Part shown: one piece after another, positions 1 through 10,845 of the stretch
Layout of the letters: every line of letters begins with the position of its first letter
How positions within the stretch are numbered: position 1 is the stretch's first letter
Source: Wallemia ichthyophaga EXF-994
Lineage: Eukaryota; Fungi; Basidiomycota
Reading direction: 5' to 3'
Length of the DNA stretch: 32,000 bases
Assembly: GCF_000400465.1 (NCBI RefSeq)
Contig: NW_008806279.1
Span: 1 to 32,000 of the forward strand
The notes under the pieces: model-generated
Databases searched by the model: none
What the model saw: only the letters and a program-made list of their open reading frames with translations
Told to the model about the DNA's origin: nothing
Made by a program: the position numbers and the translations under genes

Positions 1-29
1 ATTAAATGCTTGCTAACCTGATCTGATAG

Positions 30-133
30 ATAAACGTTTGAAAAATGACCTCAAGGTTTCTGAATTTTTAGGTAGGCACACAAGATATCTTAAAAGTGAA
101 TGGCATCCCGCCTATATTTATCGCAAAATTTAG
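30..133 (+). CDS. Possible terminal exon of a gene entering from the left (xKRLKNDLKVSEFLGRHTRYLKSEWHPAYIYRKI*)
   Basis: Branch-like GCTAAC (12-17) and TAG acceptor (27-29) are followed by a 34-codon open frame ending TAG at 131-133. No recognised homology; could be chance. Confidence 0.25.
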
Positions 134-816
134 CTCAAGTGCTCTATAAGATGTTGAGCTGCTTGATTTTGTACTTCCATATCGAATCCATACTTTAAAT
201 GGCCAGACCTGAAGCCCGTGCAGGCAACATTGCAGATGCAGTCGTCCTGGAAAGAAATTAGAGAATGTAAACCACTCCAACTTCAACTTACACTATAGCA
301 AAAGTCAAGAGCTTTTCCGCTCTCGTCAAACGAGTCTGGAATTGGCTTAGATAAGGCACTAGCAACACCAAAGGCGTTGTCGGCACCAAGTCCTTCGACA
401 TTTGACTGCTGATTTGGCATTCTGTATGGATTACCGATAAGAATGACAGCTTCTATCATGTTCTTTGCATCTTCCGAGAGATTGCTACTGTTGAGAGCGT
501 CCAGTGTAGTAGTAGCGCCCTGACTGTAGCCAAGAAGCGCGTATCGTTGATCTGGGCAAGATTGTAATCCATCGGAGATTTTGTTAATTATGTCGATAAC
601 TCCAAGTGAAGTATTCTGATCGAAACCAGCTGGATACTTCGTATCATACTCTTCTCCGTTGGGTACTTGATTAAGAGTTTCGCTAATCATGGTGCGGAAG
701 CCTGCTGAAGGACCTTGACGTTCACCAGTTCCCCTGGTAGAGATGAGCAAATAGTCGTTGCACTTAGCAAAGGCAGCAGTGGTGAGCGCGGCGATTGTGG
801 CAATTGAAAAGAGCAT
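130..816 (-). CDS. Secreted cutinase-like esterase (CE5, Cryptococcus CLE1-type), 213 aa; exons 816-292, 246-130
   Basis: Signal peptide MLFSIATIAALTTAAFA; STRGTGERQGPSAGFRTM motif; GYSQG nucleophile; LIGNP. The 45-nt intron 291-247 (GTAAGT..CAG) restores LDFCYS-DDCICNVACTGFRSGHLKY with the catalytic Asp and His. Confidence 0.92.
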
Positions 817-1025
817 GTTGATTGTGGATTGTGTTTAAGAGCAGGATAAGCCATATCTTATATATATGTTTTATAGCCGAGCCTTATGAAACATGGGTCT
901 GTGCACTATGATTATAAATCGATCATCAAACATGACCCTTTTCTCGGATAATGAGACTAAACTTAATCAATGTGCGTAAAGTATTCTATCTGATATATTC
1001 TTCAAATTCCCGCCTAAGATTCATT

Positions 1026-1549
1026 ACGCGATGCTTAAGTCACTTTCTTACAGATTTGGGGTACTTTCGGCTTTCTGAATAAGCGGTATTGCCGTAGGTA
1101 TTGATGTTGTAATTAAATTGATGAAATACTGCCCGTCAATGTCACCGTAACATCAAACGCGCTCGCAATCGAATGAACGACCGAGGAGATTTATATATAC
1201 ATATTTGTCACGCCTTTTGTCGCCATTGATGTCGCTGGATATTCCACATGACCGTTTATATGATGATTTCTCAACTCGCGTCTGATGAAAGTGAACGGTG
1301 ATTCGCGATGGCACTCGCGAAGCTAAAATTCAAGGAGAAGATATTACAGCAGGGTGCGTAGAGTATGGTGCAAAATAATTTAATCCAAATATTCCTAGGA
1401 CTACAAACGAACGAGTTGTTAAGAAGATTACAAGTGGGTGACGCGAGATGGCCGCGATATAGTGGCTTATATGGCATCAGAATCTACACAAGGAGCTTTC
1501 AGAATGGGACCAAGATGTTGTTGACGCGCTTTCCTTGCACAAAGTCGCG
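1026..1549. promoter_or_regulatory. Cluster of MCB-like (ACGCG/CGCG) elements around the PDS5 start
   Basis: ACGCGA 1026-1031, ACGCG 1157-1161, TCGCGT 1276-1281, TCGCGA 1303-1308 and 1315-1320, ACGCGA 1441-1446, CGCG 1454-1457, ACGCG 1524-1528, CGCG 1546-1549: nine CGCG cores in about 520 bp. Cohesin genes are MBF (G1/S) targets in yeasts. Confidence 0.5.
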
Positions 1550-4500
1550 AAGCAGTTGCTCGATAAGTCACTACTCTTACACAAGGACAAGCATGTAAAA
1601 GCACTCGTAGCGGCTTCTTTTGTGGATATACTGAGATTGTGTGCACCTGACGCACCATACACGCTTCAAGAGCTCAAGGTTGGGTGTTGATATCATATCA
1701 CCACAAACTCACAAATCAAATAGGACATCTTCTCATTTATATTCAGACAAGTAGCATACCTGTGGAAACCACCAAAGGATAAGAAGCAGAGCGAAGTCCA
1801 GTGCTATCAAGAGTAGGCGTATGTCTTCTTATACGGCACACTGCTAACAGCTTACAAGATATTACTACATACTTCGTACAATGGCGGACGTTAGTTGTAT
1901 AGTTCTCGTGTGTGACTTACCCAACTCAGAAGACGTCGTCGGTGATATCTTCAAGGACTTCTTAGAAGGAATACGCGTGGATACTTCACCGAGACTGCAG
2001 GGATTCATGGCCGACATCCTGGCTCAGCTTGTCGATGAATCCAACACTATCCCCAACGACATACTCGAGTCAATGCTCATTGCATTCTCAGACAAGACGG
2101 CCAAAATGAACTCAGCTAAGCATAGATTGGTTGTGGAAGTCTGCAACAAAACATCAGAGAGGTTGCAAAAGAGCGTCTGTCAATACTTCAGTGAGATTCT
2201 TCTAAAGTTGGTTAACGACGAGTATACGGAGAAGACTTTTGACGAGGTAGTGGCAGCGCACAAGATTATCAGAGCAATTCATAGACATTCACCACGAATC
2301 TTACTCAGCACAGTACCGCAGCTTGAGGCAGAGCTGTTGTCCGAGAACAACGATGTTCGTGACTTGGGCACGCGAACTCTAGGTAGAATGATAGGCGAGC
2401 CAACCGCCGACACCAGCTATTATTCACTCGCAAAAGAGTACCCAAATACCTTCCGTGCATGGATAGAAAGAAGGAAAGATTTAATACCGTCGATCAGAGG
2501 AATTATCGTGGAGTACGCCTCAGCAATAATACTCACCCATCCGCAACTCAGCAATGAGATACTCACAACTATCACTGACAAAATGCGCGACTTTGACGAT
2601 AAGGTTAGAGCTGGCGCTTGTCACTTCTTCCAAAAGATCACCTACGAAGTAGCAATCTCGTACACCTCCAAGAGCACCTTAGATGAGCTGGCGATGAGAT
2701 GCAAAGACAAAAAAGCACTCGTTCGTCAAGATGCATTTGAAAGTTTGGGCAGACTGTACGCTTTAGCATACGCCGATATCAAAATCAACAACACCGCGGC
2801 GATGGAAAAGTTTGGATGGATACCAAGAGCTGTACTCGCACCTCTGTCTGTTTCGCTTCCTTCGCAAATTGCCTCCATCAAGATTCAGGTGGAAAGGACA
2901 CTCGTTAAACACATTTTACCACTTCACGCTGATTCTGAGGGTGCATGGGTTGATCGTTTCTTGCGAGTATATAAGGATCTAGGTGAAGATGAGAAGAAAG
3001 GACTGCTGATGTTGACAGGACTGACTATGAGTGCTCAACGTCCATATGCTCTTCGGTTCGTGGAAGCTTGCGAGGAATTCAACAACGATCGCACCAATGA
3101 CAATAAAGAACACGTTTTGAACTACATCAAGTTCCTTGGCGGACTCTTTCCAGAAGACTCCAAAGCCACAGGTGATTTGCAAGAGTTCGTCAAGCTGAAC
3201 GAGAGCCGTCTTTACAAGAGTTTAAAGATAGCTATGGATACTCAACAATGCGATTTTAAGACACTGCAAAAGTCACAATCTGAACTCCATCGCCGTCTTG
3301 AGCAGGTAGCTGGTCAACGCAAAACGCTACCAGGCACATTCGACGCTCTTCTACTCAAGACCACATACCCGTTTATAAACAAGTCGTCTGTACCCCATCT
3401 TTTAAAGAGATCTGTCGAGGGAAGTAGCTCAGCAAAAGATATTCTTCTCGCTATCGCAAAGTTCACTCCTCTGATGTTGAAGAGTCATATAAGCGAGCTT
3501 AGCAGACACATTAACGACGAGAAATCAGCTGATCTAGCCCTCATTCTTCTGGCTGCAGTTGCAAGAGCTGACAGAAGTTCAATTCAATCTGATAAGCGTT
3601 TCATAGATCGTCTCATCCGATTCGTTGATGAAGGCACGCGCAAGCAAGTCAAGTATGCCACACGCATTCTGTCGTGTTATGAGAATGCCAAAGATAGTCT
3701 CAAAAAGATAGCTAGTAGTATCAAGTTAGAAGAAGATTTAAACAATGAAGATCGATTGATGAGGAGTTTTTCATTTTTGGCTGAGGCTTCTAAATCCGCT
3801 TATGATGTTATAAATGGGCACGCGGAGTCACTCTTTAGCACTATCGCTAGCCTTCTCATGACTCATCAGCACAGCTCTTTAGATGTAGGTGCGAGATTTA
3901 ATTTCAAAATTCTAATTGACATGTTGATAGCCTTCCATTGACACTGACTTGGAATGGGTTGAAGATGATGCAGTCGATAACCTTACTATGGCTAAATTAG
4001 ATGCCATGAGGCTTTGCACGCACATCGCAAAAGCCAATCAAAACAACCCTGATCAAGAGTTGGACACTGCAAAGGAGATTGGAAAGTTGTATGCCCGAGT
4101 CTTGCGTAACAAAGGTGAAGTGCTAGGTGAGGACGACGAGTCTGAGGATACAGCGTTTGCGGAAATCAACAACGAAGACGAAGTATTTACAACGCCGTGA
4201 GTTACATATTTTCACTCAAAATCAAGGCTAACAAAGGCTAGTGCCTGTATACGCTCAAGGCTCCGTTTGAGGGCGCTGATTGGATTGATTAAGATTGCAC
4301 ACGACGAGAAACTTGAGAAGGAAGTAGTCAGACCGAGATTTTTGTTAATGTCAGGTGGAATGCAAGATGCTGCTTATACTATTCGCAGGACGTTTATAGA
4401 AAAGCTGATCAAATACCTTGCCAACTTTAAGCTTCCACATCACTACAACGTCTGTATATTCCTCACTGCCCATGAGCCAGTTCCAGATATTGTCACCAGC

Positions 4501-5396
4501 GGTCAGATTTACGTTCAGTCCATGCTGCGTCGTCATACAGCGAGTGGGTGTCTTCCTTTTAAAGCTGCACTCCTAACCATCTCACCTAGAAATTCGCTTG
4601 AACGCTTTCGAAATGATCTTTTATCGTTTGTTACACACGCTCGCACATCATCCAGACTTCTCTGCTCACCCCGCTGATATTGAAGCGACAGCAAAGTAAG
4701 ACATAGACGGTCAAAGAACAATGCTAACATGCAGTGTAGGTATATAACGTTCTACCTTGAGCTGGTAGCCACTTCAGAAAACATCAATTTGTTGTACCAC
4801 TTGGCTGGAAGGCTGAAGACAGTAAGGGATATAACGACCAAAGAGAATAGTGTGAATCTGTACATCTTGAGCGAGTTGGGTCAGCATCTCACTAGCACAT
4901 TGGCACACAACAAGAAGTGGACTTTGACTGCATATGAAGGAAAAGTAAAGCTTTCAACTGATATATTCAAAGCACTACCAAATAGCGATGTACAGCGCGA
5001 GATTACTCAGAAGATGTACCTGACTGAAGAAATGAAGAGCCAGCTGGGTAACACTACCAAACATACAGCACCAAGGGTGGGTAAACTATGAGGCTGTTTG
5101 ACTATACTAACCACACCGCATAGAAAAAGAAAATTGAAGAAGGTGGTAATAAAACAAGGAAACCCGCAAAGCGCGCCAAGAAAAAGCATAATTGGGATGA
5201 AGATGATAAGGAGAGTGAAGGAGACATTTCCGGCGACGAAAGCGATGTTACGATGAACAAAGAAGATGAAGACAGAAGGAAAGGCCCAACGAGGAAAGCC
5301 CGTCCCCAACCACGACCTGCAAATCGCGTTCAGGACTCCGACGATGATGAGATGGAAGAAGCAGAACCAAACGACGAGAATGTTGACACTGAATGA
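1308..5396 (+). CDS. PDS5: Cohesin-associated HEAT-repeat protein Pds5, about 1225 aa, 10 exons (introns 1354-1398, 1434-1480, 1679-1723, 1813-1858, 3885-3930, 4197-4241, 4544-4589, 4696-4739, 5077-5123)
   Basis: Diagnostic DILRLCAPDAPYT, VPQLEAELL, RSRLRLRAL and RLLHTLAHHPDF motifs; acidic/basic C-terminal tail; the exon chain closes in frame. Confidence 0.95.
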
Positions 5397-5593
5397 ATTT
5401 GACGTTGACATACCTGCATACTCCAACTAATCTTACTAACGCAAGCTATTGTAATTTTAAAGCTCATAGCCTATTTATTCATCCCACTAGAACTTGCAGT
5501 GTTAAGTCTAATGCAATATATTTATAGTACAATGCATCTATCGCTTGAAAGTGTGTAATTCACAGAAGTGATATTTGCTAACGTGCTACGTTG

Positions 5594-7509
5594 CTAATTC
5601 GCTAACATGGTAGCGTGTTTTGTTTTACTACTTTCAATCTCGCCATTTTGCTGTAGCAACATATCCAAATAAGCCCTTGTTTGAGATCTCTCAGGTGCGA
5701 AGGGTAGAATGTGGGAGATGATCGTATCCAGTTGTGTATCATTTGGTGGTGTCCAATGAGGTATGTTGAACGAACTATCTTGGTGCTGTAGCCATCTCAA
5801 CATCATTTGCACATTAAGAATGCGATTTCTGGAAGCGTATGCACGGAGTAGTGTAACAACGCCCTCCATAGCAAATGGTATCCCTTTGGCTGCCATGTCT
5901 TCTAACGCTTCTCTGACTCTATCTGCACTGTGCTTGGTTGAGAAGGCGTGAAGGAAAGGCAAACATGACATTGAGTCTGGTCGCATTGAGGGTGGTATAA
6001 TAAAGTTGAACCTGTTTGACGTAGACACTGGTGGTGACATGAGATTTGACCAGAGGTTGTTGTGTAAACTCATGTCATTTTTGTTCATGATGAGTATCGA
6101 AGCATATGCCGCACCTAGAGCAAATGGATCAGGCCATAGCAACAACGGTTGAGACTTGTTCTTGTATGTCGCGAGCATATCTTCGAATTTAAGTGAAGCT
6201 TTTGTCGGTATCAGTGTCTTTGGTATACCAATAGGTAGGTAAACTTCTAAAAAAATTGCTAGGGCTCTTTTTGCTTTAATGTCCTTCTTGTGATCGGGTG
6301 ATTGAGAGGAATTTGACAACTGCATATACATTCTGGAAAATGTCCATAACGATTTAGCTCGTTGCTTCAAATGAGGTCGATTGAGGAGACGCTCTCTCAA
6401 TGCTTTGAGTCTTGGTGCGATGTAAGTAGTGTGTAGTTTGTTTTGATAGTACAACACCAAAGATGCAATCGCTTTTGCCGATGGTAGAGACGCATCGGCG
6501 AACAAACTCTCTTCGAGCTGCCGAACAGTCTTGTAATTAGGTTGAAGCAATGAGAGCTCTTGAGCAAGTTGCTGTTCCACTTGATTGGATGAGGATCTTG
6601 GCCCAAGTGTTGGAGATTTTGACAATTTAAGAGCCTCTTGGGGGTAATACTTGGACATAATTTGCTGAGCTTGTCGCAGAAGTTTACCCTTTGCATTATT
6701 CTTTATACCCTCTTGAATAATAAGTTTCGCCGTGAATGCACTAGGCACGTATTGTTGAAAAGACTCGTTTATCTTGTTGCCGTGTTCGTCAGTATTCTGC
6801 CATCTATAGAGAGTGCTGTGGAGATCATCGAAACGTCTGGTCAGGGCTAGTTGATTGAGGAGAACATCACGTTTGTTGTGCCAAATGGAAGACTTGAGCT
6901 CCTGCTCTTCAAGATATCTAACAACATTATAGGTGGATTGAGAGAATCTGGTAAGATGAGCGAGAATGTGCGTAACTTGATTGCTATTTAAGTAGAGGTT
7001 CTGTCCTAGTAAAGCCAAAGCATCGAGGTTAGATGGATTCGTGGAGAAGAAGACGTGCAAAATGTGTGAGGAGTGGAATGAGCGAGATGGAATGAGAGGA
7101 ATCCAAGCCAATGTTCCATCCATGTCGTTGTGAAGGAGTCTGTCGATAGCAGCGACAGTGTAGTAATGAGACTGACGAATGCGTACATGCATTTTACGGA
7201 GATCGCTGAGAATTTCCCTAGCAGCAATGAACTGATGTTCGCGTGCCATTTTCTTGAGAACAGAGCAAGGAGGAGGGTTGTTTACTTGAGGAGTATTTGA
7301 TAGAGTGTGTAAATCCGTTGGTTCGAATAGAGTGAAATCAGGATCAGTGGAGGGTGTTAAATAATTCCATTGATATCGATGACGAGTTACAGTGAATGAT
7401 TTTGCAAACGTTGAGGTTGGTGGGATGACACGAGCAACAGATGAGTTTAAGCTGAGCACTGCGTGTGTATGAGTTAGTCTGGTTTTCAAAATGCTTTAAA
7501 CTAACTCAT
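5594..7509 (-). CDS. Putative mitochondrial protein with PPR-like helical repeats near the C-terminus, about 622 aa; exons 7509-7506, 7458-5594
   Basis: The 1.9-kb open frame starts at TTG in the ORF track. An ATG at 7509 joined through a 47-nt intron 7505-7459 (GTTAGT..CTAAC..CAG) gives a presequence-like MMLSLNSSVARV N-terminus. PDSMSCLPFLHAF...LEDMAAKGIP...TLLRAYA resembles PPR motifs. The CDS is certain; the product and start are tentative. Confidence 0.6.
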
Positions 7510-7562
7510 TTTTCATCAACTTGTGATGATCGTTTGACTTGAACCATCAACTCAACCACAAC

Positions 7563-8766
7563 ATGGATTCCTCAGTGGCCATGAAAACTTTCGAATTGGA
7601 GAATGACGTTGAGGAGGTTAGCGCTTTGGTTTTCAGATTATCGATTAATTTGGCTTATCCACACCCAGATCGACCAGATCTACTCTTACGATGATAACGC
7701 ACAAAGAGAAATCAACAATAAGCGTCCATGGAGGCAAGATCCTCATTATTTCAAGCGTGTCAAGATTAGTTCAGTTGCACTTATCAAAATGGTTCTACAC
7801 GCAAGATCTGGCGTCCCTTATGAAGTTATGGGTCTTATGCAAGGCAAGATTGAAGGTGATACAATGATTATCATGGATGCTTTCGCTTTACCTGTCCAGG
7901 TTAGTTGCAGTGCAGAAATACACACTGAAACACATTAATGTATCATTCAGGGTACTGAAACACGCGTTAATGCTTCAAATGAAGCTAATGAATTCATGGT
8001 CAACTGGTTAAATGGCAGCAAGTCTGTCAACAAGCCAGAGAATGCTCTAGGTTGGTATCATTCCCACCCAGGCTACGGTTGCTGGCTTAGTGGTATAGAC
8101 GTTACCACTCAGTCTACCAATCAGACGTTCCAGGATCCATGGGTTGCTGTCGTTATTGATCCAAATAGAACTATCTCAGCTGGCAGAGTCGACATTGGCG
8201 CTTTTAGAACTTATCCTGAGGGTTATAAGCCACCGACAAGTACAGCAGTTGATCAAAACATCCCTCAGTCAAAGATTGAAGATTTTGGTGTTCACGCAAA
8301 CGCTTACTATCAACTTGAAGTGTCGATATTCAAAAGCACCCTTGATAAAAAAGTACTTGACCTGCTTTGGAGCAAGTATTGGGTCAACACGCTCGCTCAA
8401 AGCAATCTCGTCACTGTGAGTCACAAAATCATCACTTGATTTCACACCTAATATAACTTAAAGAATCGAGCATACTTGACTGATCAAATTACCGATCTTC
8501 AAGCCAAGCTAAAAGCAGCTGAAATGGGACTTTATGGAAGAGGTGCTGCTGAGAAGCCAGAGGATGATTCAGGTCTTGCAAAAGCAGTACGATCTAGCAA
8601 CCGCATAGCCGTTGAGGGCCAACTTGGCTTAATATCACAGATGGCCAAAGACGCACTATTTAATTGGAAAGGCTGCACAGATCATGACCATAACAATGAC
8701 CATAACAAGATAAGCACATGTGCAAATAACGTGTCACAGCTAAGTACTGAACCAATGCAGATGTAA
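7563..8766 (+). CDS. CSN5: COP9 signalosome subunit 5 (JAMM deneddylase), 350 aa; introns 7617-7668, 7900-7950, 8416-8463
   Basis: [50 protein letters not shown] and the JAMM motif [17 protein letters not shown]. Confidence 0.97.
8684..8707 (+). repeat. 12-bp tandem duplication ATGACCATAACA x2 in the CSN5 C-terminal tail
   Basis: Two exact adjacent copies encoding HDHNNDHNK. Confidence 0.7.
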
Positions 8767-9018
8767 AAACATCCCTTCTATACCTTGATCACATCGATTT
8801 GTATCCTATTGCATTCTTTTGCATTTATTTTAGTTGTAGTGTAGATGTGCGCTTTGATGGTGTCCGAGCTGTTCAAGATTTTCATGCTGCAAATAAGGCC
8901 TGCGTTCACAGGAAAATTGACAATATAGCCACTTTAGCTCATAAAAACGTTTGATATGGAAATTATATGCATAACCTGTGCTCATCATTGTGTGAAGATG
9001 ATGAATTGAACTACCATC

Positions 9019-9672
9019 ATGTCCGAATCTACCAATTTACCACCAAATGCACACAGATTACCACGCACAAACCAACTAGAAGGCTTAATGACAATCATAC
9101 GCGACAAGACGACATCAAGAGGAGAATTCATCTTCTATGCGGACAGGTTGATCAGACTTATAATTGAATCAGGACTTAACGTATTACCCACAATACCAAA
9201 GCATATTACTACAGAAACTGGCGAGAAATTTCAAGGTGTTGGATTTGAAGGTAAGGTGTGTGGTGTCTCTATTTTGAGAGCGGGTGAGGCAATGGAGAGT
9301 GCTTTAAGGGAGTGTTTGCGTAGTGTGCGTATTGGTAAAGTGTTAGTACAAAGAAATGAACAAACGGGTGAAGCACATCTCTACTATGCCAAGTTACCCG
9401 AAGATATTCACGAAAGATTCGTTCTCCTCTTAGATCCTATGTTAGCTACCGGTGGATCTGCGATTAGAGCTATTGAAGTCTTGCTAAGCAGAGGTGTACA
9501 GCAAGAGAAGATTGTCTTTTTGAATGTCCTCAGTGCACCTGAAGGTCTCAACGTTATGTATGAAAAATACCCAAAGATGAAGATTATTACTGGATGGGTG
9601 GACAGGCAACTCGATCAGCACAACTATATTGTTCCAGGATTAGGTGACTTTGGTGACAGATACTTTGCTTAG
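9019..9672 (+). CDS. FUR1: Uracil phosphoribosyltransferase, 217 aa, intronless
   Basis: FIFYADRLIRL, CGVSILRAGEAME, PRPP-binding VLLLDPMLATGGS and the C-terminal YIVPGLGDFGDRYF. Confidence 0.97.
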   Translation: MSESTNLPPNAHRLPRTNQLEGLMTIIRDKTTSRGEFIFYADRLIRLIIESGLNVLPTIPKHITTETGEKFQGVGFEGKVCGVSILRAGEAMESALRECLRSVRIGKVLVQRNEQTGEAHLYYAKLPEDIHERFVLLLDPMLATGGSAIRAIEVLLSRGVQQEKIVFLNVLSAPEGLNVMYEKYPKMKIITGWVDRQLDQHNYIVPGLGDFGDRYFA

Positions 9673-9896
9673 ATAGGAATTTTGTTATATATGGTTAAAT
9701 GCATACATAACTTTCATTGAAGTGTTATACTTCGTGTGCTTTTTAAAGCTTAGTTGGTAATTTTCGGTTTTATTGTAAGGCACAAAACTATCGAAAAACA
9801 GAATGTTCTCAAATTTTCATTAGATTTGTATTCTTACTTGGAAATATATACGTTGCAAATTTTCAATCTGGATAATTGGCGTAGTATAGCGGTTAA

Positions 9897-9968
9897 GGGG
9901 GTATAGTTCAGTGGCTAGAACGCGGTCTTCGCAAGACCGAGGCCGGGGTTCGATTCCCCGTACCTCCA
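9897..9968 (+). tRNA. tRNA-Ala, anticodon CGC, no intron
   Basis: Acceptor stem GGGGGTA/TACCTCC with the G3:U70 alanine identity pair and discriminator A; D arm TAGTTCAGTGG (A box); anticodon stem CGGTC-TT-CGC-AA-GACCG; T arm CGGGG-TTCGATT-CCCCG (B box). Confidence 0.96.
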
Positions 9969-9976
9969 TTTTTTTT
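9969..9976 (+). terminator. RNA polymerase III terminator (T8)
   Basis: Eight consecutive T immediately after the tRNA discriminator base. Confidence 0.85.
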
Positions 9977-10146
9977 GCAATTTCATTTTCGATAGACCTA
10001 TGAGTCAGAGTTATGAGGGCTTGTTATCAGTGTGATAGACATGCATTAGCTGTAATAATTCTAATCACAAAAGTATTTTGTTGTTTCACCTTGCTCAATC
10101 CACCACACACTGTCGTAAGCAAACACTCAACTGACGTCAAGAGGAA

Positions 10147-10838
10147 ATGCAGCGAATTTTTGGCAAAATACCAGCAATCGCGGCCATCAACACACCCTCA
10201 ACAATTCTACGAGGGATTTCAACAACATCTGTACAACTAAAAGCGAATGAGCGATTGAGAGATGAAGGTGGGTTGGTGAGAGCACGGCAAAGCAGCCAAC
10301 TCACAAAGCAATATATGCAGAAATAGTACACGCTTTTGATAGAATTTCTGTTGTAGATGCACTCACTGGCAAGCCTCAACGAGCAGAGGATAGCAGTGAG
10401 GTATTACGCCGGCTAGAGCGAAGCAAATACCGCCTAGAGCTGGTGTCACAGAGTGCAGACACACCGCTAGTTAAAATTATAGACAAGGGCGACGAATACC
10501 GCAAGGCGAAAGAAAAAGCAGGGAGGGAGAAGGAATTGAAAGCAGCGAGCAAGGCTAAGAGCAAAATGGAAAAGGAAATACAACTAACATGGATGACTAG
10601 CTCGCATGACTTATCGCACAAATTGAGGAAAGCACACGACACTCTCTCCCAGAAAGGCAAAGTATCGGTGGTCTTTGCGAACAGCTCAGCACATAAACGT
10701 GTGGGTGACCCCGAGAAGGAATCCATTATCCGCAGTGTTGAAACGCAGTTGGGTTTGGGTACAAATACAAATGTAGTGAGGTGGAAAGAGACGGAGAGGA
10801 GTAAACGTTTCTGGGCTGTACATTTGAAAGGGACTTAG
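10147..10838 (+). CDS. Mitochondrial translation initiation factor IF3-like protein, 212 aa; intron 10268-10320
   Basis: Presequence-like MQRIFGKIPAIAAINTPSTILRGISTTS. Splicing gives RLRDEEIVHAFDRISVVD..LELVSQ..PLVKII (IF3 N-domain) and KEIQLTWMTSSHDLSHKL (fungal mtIF3 C-domain pattern). Confidence 0.75.
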
Positions 10839-10845
10839 AAATAAT

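Noticed and set aside
5007-5426. 139-aa hydrophobic minus-strand ORF
   Set aside because: It is the reverse complement of the K/E/D-rich last exon of PDS5.
8967-9018. Upstream ATGs before FUR1 (out-of-frame ORF from 8967; ATG ATG AAT TGA at 8998-9009)
   Set aside because: They probably lie upstream of or at the TSS in a compact promoter; they cannot be supported as uORFs without TSS data.
9991-9997. TGAGTCA Gcn4/AP-1-like site upstream of the mtIF3-like gene
   Set aside because: A single 7-mer, expected by chance in 32 kb.
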